DNA from: Polyangiaceae bacterium
GTDB taxonomy: Bacteria > Myxococcota_A > Polyangia > Polyangiales > Polyangiaceae
Assembly (NCBI GenBank): GCA_965222375.1
Contig: CBDCTZ010000005.1
Location: 96,001 to 160,000, forward strand
Direction: 5' to 3'
DNA length: 64,000 bases
Every line of letters begins with the position of its first letter. Position 1 is the first letter of the stretch. The position numbers were made by a program, and so were the translations under genes. Below the pieces are notes generated by a model, which was not told the origin of the DNA, did not search any database, and saw only the letters and a program-made list of their open reading frames with translations. Of the stretch, positions 27,540-35,660 are shown piece by piece.

Positions 27540-28441
27540 GGCAGGGAGCAGCTGGTGCCGTTGAAGCTGCCGCCAGCGTCGGCGCAAATCTGTGGGGGCG
27601 TCCGGGCGACCGTCCACCACTTCAGCTCGTCGATGGACCCGCTGAAGGCCATGTCGGTGCTTTCGTTCTTGCCGAGCACCAGATTCGACGCCAAGGCGCC
27701 CAGGTACCCACCGGCTACGGAGGAGTTCAACGCGCCGTCGACGTACAGCTTCAACTCGGAGCCATCGTTCACGATCGCAACATGGCTCCAACCCGTGCTC
27801 AGCGTGTTTGGATTGCTCGTCAGGATCGCCGAACCGCTACCCGCACGAGTGAACACGACCTGCACGTTTCCTTGAGTCGTGCGCACACGCACGGAACTCG
27901 TTCCCCAGCCCGAGCCGCGGCTCAAGATGGTGCCCGAGGCGACGCTCGAAAGCCGGATCCAGAATTCGATCGTCGCACCGGTGTTGAAGTCCAGACTCGG
28001 CTTGGCGGTGACGACGATGTTTCCTTGTCCGCCCGTGAAGCTGGCCGCTTGCCCGGAGTGTCCGGGCGCTGCGAGGCTGACGCCGGCGCTGCTCGGCGTG
28101 CCGTGATTCCCCGAGCCGGACACGTCGAAGACGTAGCCGGTCGTCGAATCGAAGTCGTAGTAAGCAGTCAGACCGGGCTCGGGGTGAGTGGGCGGCTCCA
28201 CGCCGCCGCCGGACCCGCCGCCGGGATGAGTGCCGCCCGTGCCGCCTGAGCCTCCGGGTGGCGTTACACCGGGCATGCCCGTGGGCACGTTGCCGTTGTA
28301 GCCGCCCTTCACCGGTGCCGGCGCGAGAGAGCCTCCACTCTGCGGCGTCTGGTCGTCGACACCCGTTTGGTCCTCAACCGGGTTGGCGCAGCCAGCGAAC
28401 AGGAAACCTATCGAAAATACACCCCATGCCCGTAGGTTCAT
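27536..28441 (-). CDS. LamG/concanavalin-like domain lipoprotein
   Basis: Lipobox 'FAGC'; 'AYYDFD...DVSGSGNHGT', 'TIEFWIR', 'WSHVAIV..G..LKLYVDG', 'FSGSIDEL'. Confidence 0.9.
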   Translation of the reverse strand: MNLRAWGVFSIGFLFAGCANPVEDQTGVDDQTPQSGGSLAPAPVKGGYNGNVPTGMPGVTPPGGSGGTGGTHPGGGSGGGVEPPTHPEPGLTAYYDFDSTTGYVFDVSGSGNHGTPSSAGVSLAAPGHSGQAASFTGGQGNIVVTAKPSLDFNTGATIEFWIRLSSVASGTILSRGSGWGTSSVRVRTTQGNVQVVFTRAGSGSAILTSNPNTLSTGWSHVAIVNDGSELKLYVDGALNSSVAGGYLGALASNLVLGKNESTDMAFSGSIDELKWWTVARTPPQICADAGGSFNGTSCSLP

Positions 28442-28546
28442 GGGCGGTGGTGTAGCGCACTATGGAGACAATGCACATACAAAAACGCACAATGTAGGAT
28501 ACGAGGGCAACTTTGAAGACAAGTGCCTGATATTACTAAGTATTTT

Positions 28547-29350
28547 TCATCGATTGGGAGAAAAGAGAAACCCGAAGACGTCGCTCATGACCTCGGGGGC
28601 TCGGGATCCGAACTCACCATGGGCCGCCCCGGGGAGTTCAAAGTAGCGGCTGGGAAGGCCGGCGCGACGCAGATGGCCAGCCGCCGCTCGGTAGGGCTTT
28701 CGGTACTCGCGACCGCCCCGCACGATGGCGACTCGCTCACCACGTTTGAGCCGATCAAAGCTAGGCGCAGTCGGCCCGCTCATCAGTACCGCCCGGGGGT
28801 AGCGCTGGGGGTACACCCAGGCGAGCTGCTCGGCTCGGGTCGCGCCCTCTGAGTAGCCCACCAGGTTGATGCGGGCTGAGTCCAGCTCCATGCCCGTTGC
28901 GTCGGCCGCCGCGCGAACTGCCTTCCGCACCCGATAATCTAGGTACTTCATGTCGGCGGTGAAGCGGTATCGGCCAGGTTTGCCGACGCAAGGCGCGTTG
29001 CCGTGCAGGGCGATGACTGTCCCAAACTCTTGGGCGGCTGCTGCCCATTCTTCGACCCGTGCCGGGTCCCCACAGAAACCGTGCAGATACACGATGGGTC
29101 GAGTCGTGCGCCCCTCGGCAACCACGATGGGCAGATCTCCAGACATGGGCACCCGCCGCGGCATCGCGAGTTGTTCAGCGGGCTTCGGCGTCGGAAGCGC
29201 GACGCGCAGGCCAGGCGCGCGAACGCTACGGGTAACGACTTCCTCCGCGACCCGCTGCGCGCCGCCGGCTGCGCTACCCTCGACCCAGGCGCCCACCGCA
29301 GCCAACAACGCGGTGAAACCAAGTACAGTCAAGAGCTTACGGCGCAACAT
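28547..29350 (-). CDS. Secreted alpha/beta hydrolase (esterase-like)
   Basis: 'VYLHG', nucleophile elbow 'LVGYSEGA', C-terminal 'ELPGAAHG'. Confidence 0.75.
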   Translation of the reverse strand: MLRRKLLTVLGFTALLAAVGAWVEGSAAGGAQRVAEEVVTRSVRAPGLRVALPTPKPAEQLAMPRRVPMSGDLPIVVAEGRTTRPIVYLHGFCGDPARVEEWAAAAQEFGTVIALHGNAPCVGKPGRYRFTADMKYLDYRVRKAVRAAADATGMELDSARINLVGYSEGATRAEQLAWVYPQRYPRAVLMSGPTAPSFDRLKRGERVAIVRGGREYRKPYRAAAGHLRRAGLPSRYFELPGAAHGEFGSRAPEVMSDVFGFLFSPNR

Positions 29351-29394
29351 TAAAAGTATTACATGCCGCGGCGCAGGCGTCGAAATCCGGGAGC

Positions 29395-30726
29395 TCAGTC
29401 GCTCTTGCGACCGAGCCCGGCGCGCTCGAGCAGCCTATATAAGTGCTTGCGCTCAATGCCCGAGAGCCGCGCAGCTTGGGAGACGTTGTCGCCCGCACGG
29501 AGCAACAGATCCTTCAAGTAGTCGCGCTCGAAGCGCGCCACGAGTTCGGCTTTGGCCTCTTGGAATGGACGATCTGCCCGGGCAATCCATTCAGTGTCCT
29601 GCTTGGTGGTGGTGCCGCTGAGCAGGATGGGTAGCTCGGAAAACGGTGCATCCGGCGCAGAGAGTGCAACGGCCCGAGACACGATGTTCCGCAGCTCACG
29701 TACGTTGCCGGGAAAGTGGTAGCGCAGTAGCCGGTCGAGGTTTTCCCCTTCAAGCTTCGCGCATGGGCGCCCCTCTCGCTCCAAGAACACCTGGACCAGC
29801 TCCGGCACGTCCTCCAGGCGCTTGCGTAGGGCCGGCAAGTGCACCTCGACCACGGCGAGGCGGTAGTACAGATCGCCGCGGAACGTGCCGCGGTCGACCT
29901 CCTCCTCCAAGTTGCGATGAGTGGCTGCGATGATGCGTACGTCAAAGCGCTCGGGCTTGCGTCCACCCAGTCGCGTGACCTCGCCAGACTCCAGCAGGCG
30001 CAGAAGCTTGGGCTGCAAGGCCAGGGGCAAATCCCCAATCTCATCGAGAAAGAGGGTGCCGCCATGGGCCATTTCGAAGGCTCCAGGGCGTTCGGCGTGA
30101 GCGCCGGTGAAGGCGCCCCGCACGTGCCCGAACAGATCGCTCTCGATCAAGGTCTCACTGGACGCCCCGCAGTCGAACACGATGAACGGTTGGTCCTTGC
30201 GTGGGCTGTGCTCGTGGACGGCTCGCGCCGCCAGCTCCTTGCCAGTGCCGCTTTCGCCCAACAACAACACGGGCGCCCCCGCCGCACTGGCTCGCTCTAG
30301 AATCGCGTAGATCTGCCGCATCGCTACGCTGGATCCGACGAGCGCGCCGAATTTCGAGCGCTCACTTGGCGGGATCACTACGTGCTGTTCGGCGGGTATC
30401 AAACCGATCAAGGTGCCGCCCACCCGGAGCACTGCGCCGACGGGCACGACCGCTTTTTGGATCGCTACACCGTCAACGAAGGTGCCGTTGCGGGATTCGA
30501 GGTCCGTGACCGCGAACCCCTCCCCCTTGGGCACGACCGTGCAATGACGCCTGGAGACTGAAGGGTCATTGACCACGAAGTCCGCCGCGCTGTCCGCGCC
30601 CAGGGTCACTCCGACAGGTGGGATCGTGACTTCCACGCCCATATCCGGCCCGTGCAGCACCCGGAGCCTGGCTGGGGCAGCGGCGTCCGCCACGGGAAGC
30701 AGGTTGGTAGTCCTCGTGAAAGGCAT
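29395..30726 (-). CDS. FHA-domain sigma54-dependent enhancer-binding protein (Fis-type HTH)
   Basis: FHA 'VSRRHC...DLESRNGTFVDG'; AAA+ 'GESGTGKE', 'GAFTGA', 'LFLDEIG', 'FPGNVREL'; HTH 'NVSQAARLSGIERKHLYRLL'. Confidence 0.95.
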   Translation of the reverse strand: MPFTRTTNLLPVADAAAPARLRVLHGPDMGVEVTIPPVGVTLGADSAADFVVNDPSVSRRHCTVVPKGEGFAVTDLESRNGTFVDGVAIQKAVVPVGAVLRVGGTLIGLIPAEQHVVIPPSERSKFGALVGSSVAMRQIYAILERASAAGAPVLLLGESGTGKELAARAVHEHSPRKDQPFIVFDCGASSETLIESDLFGHVRGAFTGAHAERPGAFEMAHGGTLFLDEIGDLPLALQPKLLRLLESGEVTRLGGRKPERFDVRIIAATHRNLEEEVDRGTFRGDLYYRLAVVEVHLPALRKRLEDVPELVQVFLEREGRPCAKLEGENLDRLLRYHFPGNVRELRNIVSRAVALSAPDAPFSELPILLSGTTTKQDTEWIARADRPFQEAKAELVARFERDYLKDLLLRAGDNVSQAARLSGIERKHLYRLLERAGLGRKSD

Positions 30727-30855
30727 GATTGAAGCGCCGCCCAGCATAGCGGAAGCCACCCAGACGGGTGGAAAACCCGGCGATCTTTGGGCCCTGGCCG
30801 GGGGTTCCGGGGCGCCCTGCGTTGCTCTGCGGGCGCAATCCACTATCCTTCGGCC

Positions 30856-32202
30856 ATGCAGGCGGCCGCTGAACGTGCCCATCGCGACCGAGTGGGCCCT
30901 TTCGAGGTCACCGGCGTATTGGGCGAAGGCGGCAGCGCCGTGGTGTATGCCGCGGTGCGCGACGGGCAGCCAGTAGCACTCAAGGTGCCCCGGGAGTCCG
31001 CACTGACGCAGAAAGAGACGGAGCGCTTTCTGGCGGAAGCCAAGATGCTCGCGCGAGTCACGCATCCGAGCATCGCTCGGGTCGTGGACTCGGGGGTCCT
31101 GGACGATGGCGCGCCCTACCTCGCCATGCAGCGCTACACGGGTGACACCCTGGCCCAGCGGCTTGCGCGCAGTGGCGCACTTCCGCTGCCCCTGGCCCTC
31201 GATCTCTTCGAGCAGATCGCCGACGCCACGATCTGCCTGCACGCCGCCGAGTTGGTGCATCGGGACTTGAAGTCCGAGAACGTGGTTCTGGCAGATGACG
31301 GCACACGGGCGGTGCTGCTCGATTTTGGGATCGCCAAGGATGCGGCGGCCCCGGCATCCACGACGACCCAGTCCGGCGTCGCGCGGGGCACGCCTGCCAC
31401 CATGGCTCCGGAACGGTTCTTCGGCGCACCTGCCACCGTATCGAGCGATGTGTATGAACTCGCGGTGTTGCTCTATGCCATGCTGGTGGGACGTCTGCCT
31501 TGGACGGATGTGACCAACGTGGAGGCGCGACTCAACCCCGCTGCTCCGGGCGCGGATGTTCCGAGTGCACTGTCCACGGTAATCCTGCGGGCCTTGTCGA
31601 CCCGCCCAGAACGACGCCCACGCTCAGCAGAAGCTTTGCTCGAAGCCGTCAGGAACGCCGTGGGAGGCGCCGGCCCCAAATCTGGACGGATCACCGCTGC
31701 TACGGCGGTCGTGAGTCGACCCGACGACGAGCTCAGCGTGCCGTCCATCGAGCCCGCGGCTTCCGACGGCGCTCAGGTTCTGGAGAGCCCGGAGTCGATC
31801 CCACGCCCCAAGCCCTCCTCGCGCCGGGGGCCCGTTCTGGCAGCGGTTGCGCTAATTGGCGGCGGCGCCATTGGCCTGGCGGCCACCCGAGGTCTTCCCG
31901 CCGCGCCGCCCGCTTTGCGCGCGATCCTAGGCAACTTGAGCGCACCATCGGTCGCACCACCACCGAGTCCGAGCCCTCCTGCGGTCGGCGCTGAGCCGGC
32001 GCCGGCGCCGAAAGCGGAAGAAGCCGCCCGGCAACCGCCGCCGATCAAGGCGCGACCCACCGCGCCCAAAGGCGGCAAGCCCAAGGCCGGCCCCGCACCC
32101 TCGGGCAGCGCGCCGAAACCCAAGGGCAAGCCCAAAGGAGCGCCCTGCACGCGCTCCAGCGAATGTGCGAGCATGATCTGCGCCGCCGAAACATGCCAGT
32201 AA
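30856..32202 (+). CDS. Ser/Thr protein kinase with TM helix, Pro-rich linker and C-terminal Cys motif
   Basis: 'GEGGSAVVY', 'VALK', 'HRDLKSEN', 'DFG', 'GTPATMAPE'; TM 'VLAAVALIGGGAIGLAA'; tail 'CTRSSECASMICAAETCQ'. Confidence 0.92.
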   Translation: MQAAAERAHRDRVGPFEVTGVLGEGGSAVVYAAVRDGQPVALKVPRESALTQKETERFLAEAKMLARVTHPSIARVVDSGVLDDGAPYLAMQRYTGDTLAQRLARSGALPLPLALDLFEQIADATICLHAAELVHRDLKSENVVLADDGTRAVLLDFGIAKDAAAPASTTTQSGVARGTPATMAPERFFGAPATVSSDVYELAVLLYAMLVGRLPWTDVTNVEARLNPAAPGADVPSALSTVILRALSTRPERRPRSAEALLEAVRNAVGGAGPKSGRITAATAVVSRPDDELSVPSIEPAASDGAQVLESPESIPRPKPSSRRGPVLAAVALIGGGAIGLAATRGLPAAPPALRAILGNLSAPSVAPPPSPSPPAVGAEPAPAPKAEEAARQPPPIKARPTAPKGGKPKAGPAPSGSAPKPKGKPKGAPCTRSSECASMICAAETCQ

Positions 32203-33200
32203 ACTCCTCGTTCTCGCGCACGGTGGTGTGCGCCGTCGCACTGCTCTGCATCCCGCTACCAGCCTACGCCGACGCCTACGAAGCAGCCTTCGCTCACGCC
32301 ATCGCTGCGAAGGAGCGGGCCTTGGATTCCAACGATCCCGCAGCCTGGGACGAAGCCCTGGAACGCCTTCGGCGTGCCGATGCGCTACGGGAAACCAAAG
32401 AGTGCAAGTACGAACTCGCCCAGGCCGCTGCTCGACTGCGCCAACAAGACTTGGCCTTTGAAGCCTTCGAGTCGTCTCTGGCTCTGGGGCTAGAGGGGTC
32501 GGCAGCGGAAAAGGCCCGAGCTTTCTTGACCAAGCACGGACAGAGCCTGGGCCGGCTGAACATCTTGGGGCCTCAAGGCACGACGGTTCGAATCGCCAAC
32601 CGTCACCGCGGAACCCTGCCGCTGGCCAAACCCCTCGTCGTGTTCGCAGGCGAAACGGCCGTCGAACTCAGTTTGGGGAGCCGAAGCGTCACCCGGACGG
32701 CCCGGATCGCGTCCGGCATCGAAACCTTCCTCGATGCTCGCTTGGCGTTCGCGAAAACCCCGGAGCAACCCAAGCCAACGCCGCGTTTGCCACCAGACGA
32801 TCCCGTAGCAGGCCCCGAGACCACTTCGCCCCACCCCGCCTCACCCTGGTTGTTGGGCGCCGGAATCGGCGTGGCCGCTACGGGAGCGGTTACGGTCATT
32901 CTGTCCAGCGTCACCATCTCGTCGCGACGGGACGACTTGAAAAGCCACTGTGAAATCCCGGACGGCTCCGATGGCTGCCGATTCGCGCAACCGGCACTGC
33001 GGGATTCAGCGCAATCCGACGTCGACGCGCTGGCAACGTGGAAAGGCGTTCGAGTCGCCGGTTGGATCGGTGTGGGCGTGGGCGTTGGCCTGGGCAGCCT
33101 CGGGCTACTACTTCCGCGCAGCCAGGATCCCAAACCCACCGCGGGGCGGCTGCACCTTCAGCTGACGCCACGCAGCATCGCCGCGCACGGCACGTTCTGA
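32193..33200 (+). CDS. Secreted TPR/PEGA-like protein with C-terminal hydrophobic helices
   Basis: Signal peptide (..PAYA-D), TPR-like helices, PEGA-like 'GPQGTTVRI...GTLPL', two Gly-rich hydrophobic segments, ends 'HGTF'. Confidence 0.8.
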   Translation: MPVNSSFSRTVVCAVALLCIPLPAYADAYEAAFAHAIAAKERALDSNDPAAWDEALERLRRADALRETKECKYELAQAAARLRQQDLAFEAFESSLALGLEGSAAEKARAFLTKHGQSLGRLNILGPQGTTVRIANRHRGTLPLAKPLVVFAGETAVELSLGSRSVTRTARIASGIETFLDARLAFAKTPEQPKPTPRLPPDDPVAGPETTSPHPASPWLLGAGIGVAATGAVTVILSSVTISSRRDDLKSHCEIPDGSDGCRFAQPALRDSAQSDVDALATWKGVRVAGWIGVGVGVGLGSLGLLLPRSQDPKPTAGRLHLQLTPRSIAAHGTF

Positions 33201-33201
33201 C

Positions 33202-33672
33202 TCAACCCTTCATCTGCTCGGCGAGGTAATTCTCTTTACCGATCTCTTTGATCATATGCAGCTGGGCTTCGAGCCAGTCGATGCCTTCTTCCTCGTCCTC
33301 CAACACACCTTCGAGTAGCTCGCGGGTACCGGCGTCGGACTTGTCATGAGCTAGTGTGATGGTCTTGTTCAACCGTTGGCGCGCGTCGAGCTCCAGCTCC
33401 AGATCAAGCTTGTGCTGCTCCACGGCATCTTCGCCGACGCGCACCGGAGCGATGCGCTGCATGTTGGGCGTTCCATCCAGAAACAGAATCCGCTCGATGA
33501 TCGCGTCCGCATGCTTCATCTCGCTGATGGACTCGCTGCGTTTCTGTTTGGCGAGCCGAGCGTAGCCCCAGTTTTCACACATCTTGGCGTGAATGAAGTA
33601 CTGGTTGATGGCTCCGAGCTCCGCGGCAAGGATCTCGTTGAGCGCGTCGATGATTGCTGGGTCGCCCTGCAT
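33202..33672 (-). CDS. bfr: Bacterioferritin
   Basis: 'MQGDPAII..LN..L..EL.AINQYFIH', 'EMKHAD.IIERILFLDG.PN', 'GKENYLAEQM'. Confidence 0.97.
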   Translation of the reverse strand: MQGDPAIIDALNEILAAELGAINQYFIHAKMCENWGYARLAKQKRSESISEMKHADAIIERILFLDGTPNMQRIAPVRVGEDAVEQHKLDLELELDARQRLNKTITLAHDKSDAGTRELLEGVLEDEEEGIDWLEAQLHMIKEIGKENYLAEQMKG

Positions 33673-33772
33673 CACTGGTCTCCCGGTTCGATTGGGCGGC
33701 CAGGCTAGCCCGCCGAGGCTCCGCTGGGAAAGGGCCAGAGCCGCGATATCTCGGTGATTTCCAGAGCTCATT

Positions 33773-33795
33773 TTGATATTGAAAACCATTATCAA
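33773..33795. promoter_or_regulatory. Fur box between divergent bfr and bfd
   Basis: GATATTGAAAACCATTATC (33775-33793) matches GATAATGATAATCATTATC at 16/19 and is flanked by TT/AA. It overlaps a putative bfd promoter TTGAAA-N16-TACACT (33779-33806). Confidence 0.85.
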
Positions 33796-33827
33796 CTTGC
33801 TACACTGTTCGTCAGCGAGGCCATTTC

Positions 33828-34061
33828 ATGCTGGTTTGTCACTGCCACCGAGTTTGCCACCGTCGGATCCTCGAAGCCGTAGAGGCGGGCGCCCACTCCC
33901 CGGAGCAGGTCGGCTCCGCGTGTGGAGCCGGCACCGCGTGTGGCGGCTGCTTGCCGACCATCGGAAACCTGCTGCCTTCCAAACACTCTGAAGAACCGTC
34001 GCATTCGAGCAGCGAAGCTGGCCGCAGCACGTCGACGCCACTTCAGCACAAAGTCGCCTAG
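33828..34061 (+). CDS. bfd: Bacterioferritin-associated [2Fe-2S] ferredoxin
   Basis: 'MLVCHCHRV...I...GAGTACGGC'; adjacent to bfr. Confidence 0.9.
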   Translation: MLVCHCHRVCHRRILEAVEAGAHSPEQVGSACGAGTACGGCLPTIGNLLPSKHSEEPSHSSSEAGRSTSTPLQHKVA

Positions 34062-34179
34062 CGCTTAACGCTCGGAGCCACACTTTGCCCACGCATCGCG
34101 TGTGAACGCGGGGTGGAGATTGCGTGCAGAGTTGCGTTTTGGCTTGCGACGAAGGGAAAAGCGCGGCAAAGCCAGCGCC

Positions 34180-35475
34180 ATGCCTCGCTCAAAAGTCGCC
34201 ATCGTGCGCACGCGGCCCGAAACCGTTCTGGAAGACTATCACCGCTTGATGAATCTGGCGGGGTACCAGGAGCACGTCGATAAGTCAGCGGACACCGCGC
34301 TCAAGGTGAACATCTCTTGGCACTTCTTCTACCCCGGGTCCTCGACCACGCCCTGGCAGATGGAAGGCGTGATCCGAGCCATGAAGCGGGATGGATACGA
34401 TCCCGAGCTGATCCACGCCTGCCACAATCGCACGGTGGTGATCGACGCGCATCTCGGCGAGCGCGAAAACAAGCAGATCGACGTGGTCCAGGCCCACGGG
34501 CTGCGCAATGTGCACCTCTACGAGGGCGAAGGCTGGATCGACGTGCGTGAAGCAGTCGGAGATCTCACCAAGAAATTCCTGTGTCTGAACGAGGTCTACC
34601 CCAAGGGGTTCAGCATTCCGAAGCGCTTCCTCGGCGAGAACATCATCCATTTACCGACCATCAAGACCCACATCTTCACCACCACGACCGGCGCCATGAA
34701 GAACGCCTTCGGTGGATTGTTGAACGAGCACCGACATTGGACCCATCCGGTCATTCACGAAACCCTGGTGGACCTGCTGATGATCCAGAAGAAGATTCAT
34801 CGTGGAGTCTTCGCTGTCATGGACGGCACGTTCGTGGGAGACGGGCCTGGCCCTCGCTGCATGATCCCCCACGTGAAGAACGTGTTGCTGGCGTCTGCGG
34901 ATCAAGTAGCAATCGACGCTCTGGCCGGTAAGCTCATGGGTTTCGATCCCTTGGCCGACCTGAAGTTCGTGCGGTTGGCCCACGAACAGGGACTCGGCAT
35001 CGGCGATGTGCGGGACATCGAGGTCGTCGGCGACGTGGACGCTGCCGAAGAGAATTGGAACTTCGAGGGTCCCTTCAAGAACATGACCTTCGCGTCGAAG
35101 AACCAGCATCGCATCTACTGGGGGCCCCTGAAGAAACCCATCGAGTGGTCCCTGAAGACGTGGCTCGCGCCCTGGGCCTACGTGGCCAGCGTCACCTATC
35201 ACGACATCTACTGGTACCCGGTGTTTGGGAAGCCCCGAGTCGAAGAGGCGTTGCAGAGTGAGTGGGGGCGACTCTTCGCCAACTGGCAGAGCGCCAAACC
35301 GGATGCCGAGGGACGGGGCTACCCGGAGGTCGGTCACAGCAGCCCGGAGCTCGTTCGCACCGGCGTGAAGCACTTCCTCGAAGGGGCCCGACTCGCCACG
35401 ATGGCGGTGCTCGAATCTCCGGAGCTCAAGTCACGCCAACGCCAAAAGGAACGCGACGCCCGGGCCAGCGGCTGA
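34180..35475 (+). CDS. DUF362 domain protein
   Basis: 'LKVNISW', 'STTPWQMEGV', 'LPTIKTH..T..TGAMKN.FG', 'DG..GPGP', 'DQVAIDA...MGFDP'. Confidence 0.85.
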   Translation: MPRSKVAIVRTRPETVLEDYHRLMNLAGYQEHVDKSADTALKVNISWHFFYPGSSTTPWQMEGVIRAMKRDGYDPELIHACHNRTVVIDAHLGERENKQIDVVQAHGLRNVHLYEGEGWIDVREAVGDLTKKFLCLNEVYPKGFSIPKRFLGENIIHLPTIKTHIFTTTTGAMKNAFGGLLNEHRHWTHPVIHETLVDLLMIQKKIHRGVFAVMDGTFVGDGPGPRCMIPHVKNVLLASADQVAIDALAGKLMGFDPLADLKFVRLAHEQGLGIGDVRDIEVVGDVDAAEENWNFEGPFKNMTFASKNQHRIYWGPLKKPIEWSLKTWLAPWAYVASVTYHDIYWYPVFGKPRVEEALQSEWGRLFANWQSAKPDAEGRGYPEVGHSSPELVRTGVKHFLEGARLATMAVLESPELKSRQRQKERDARASG

Positions 35476-35660
35476 ACCAGAGGAGCCGCGACCACAGCGG
35501 TCGCCGCGGCGTCCCTGGGCAGGCACCAGCTTGCCAGAAAGTTCATACTTTTCCGCCAATTGCGCCGCGGGGTGGCCTGACGCGCCGCGGTCTGGCAGTG
35601 TCCGCCGCCGCGTGGCCATCGAAGTGGATCGGGGTGCGCGTCTTTGCACAGGAGTCGGCG

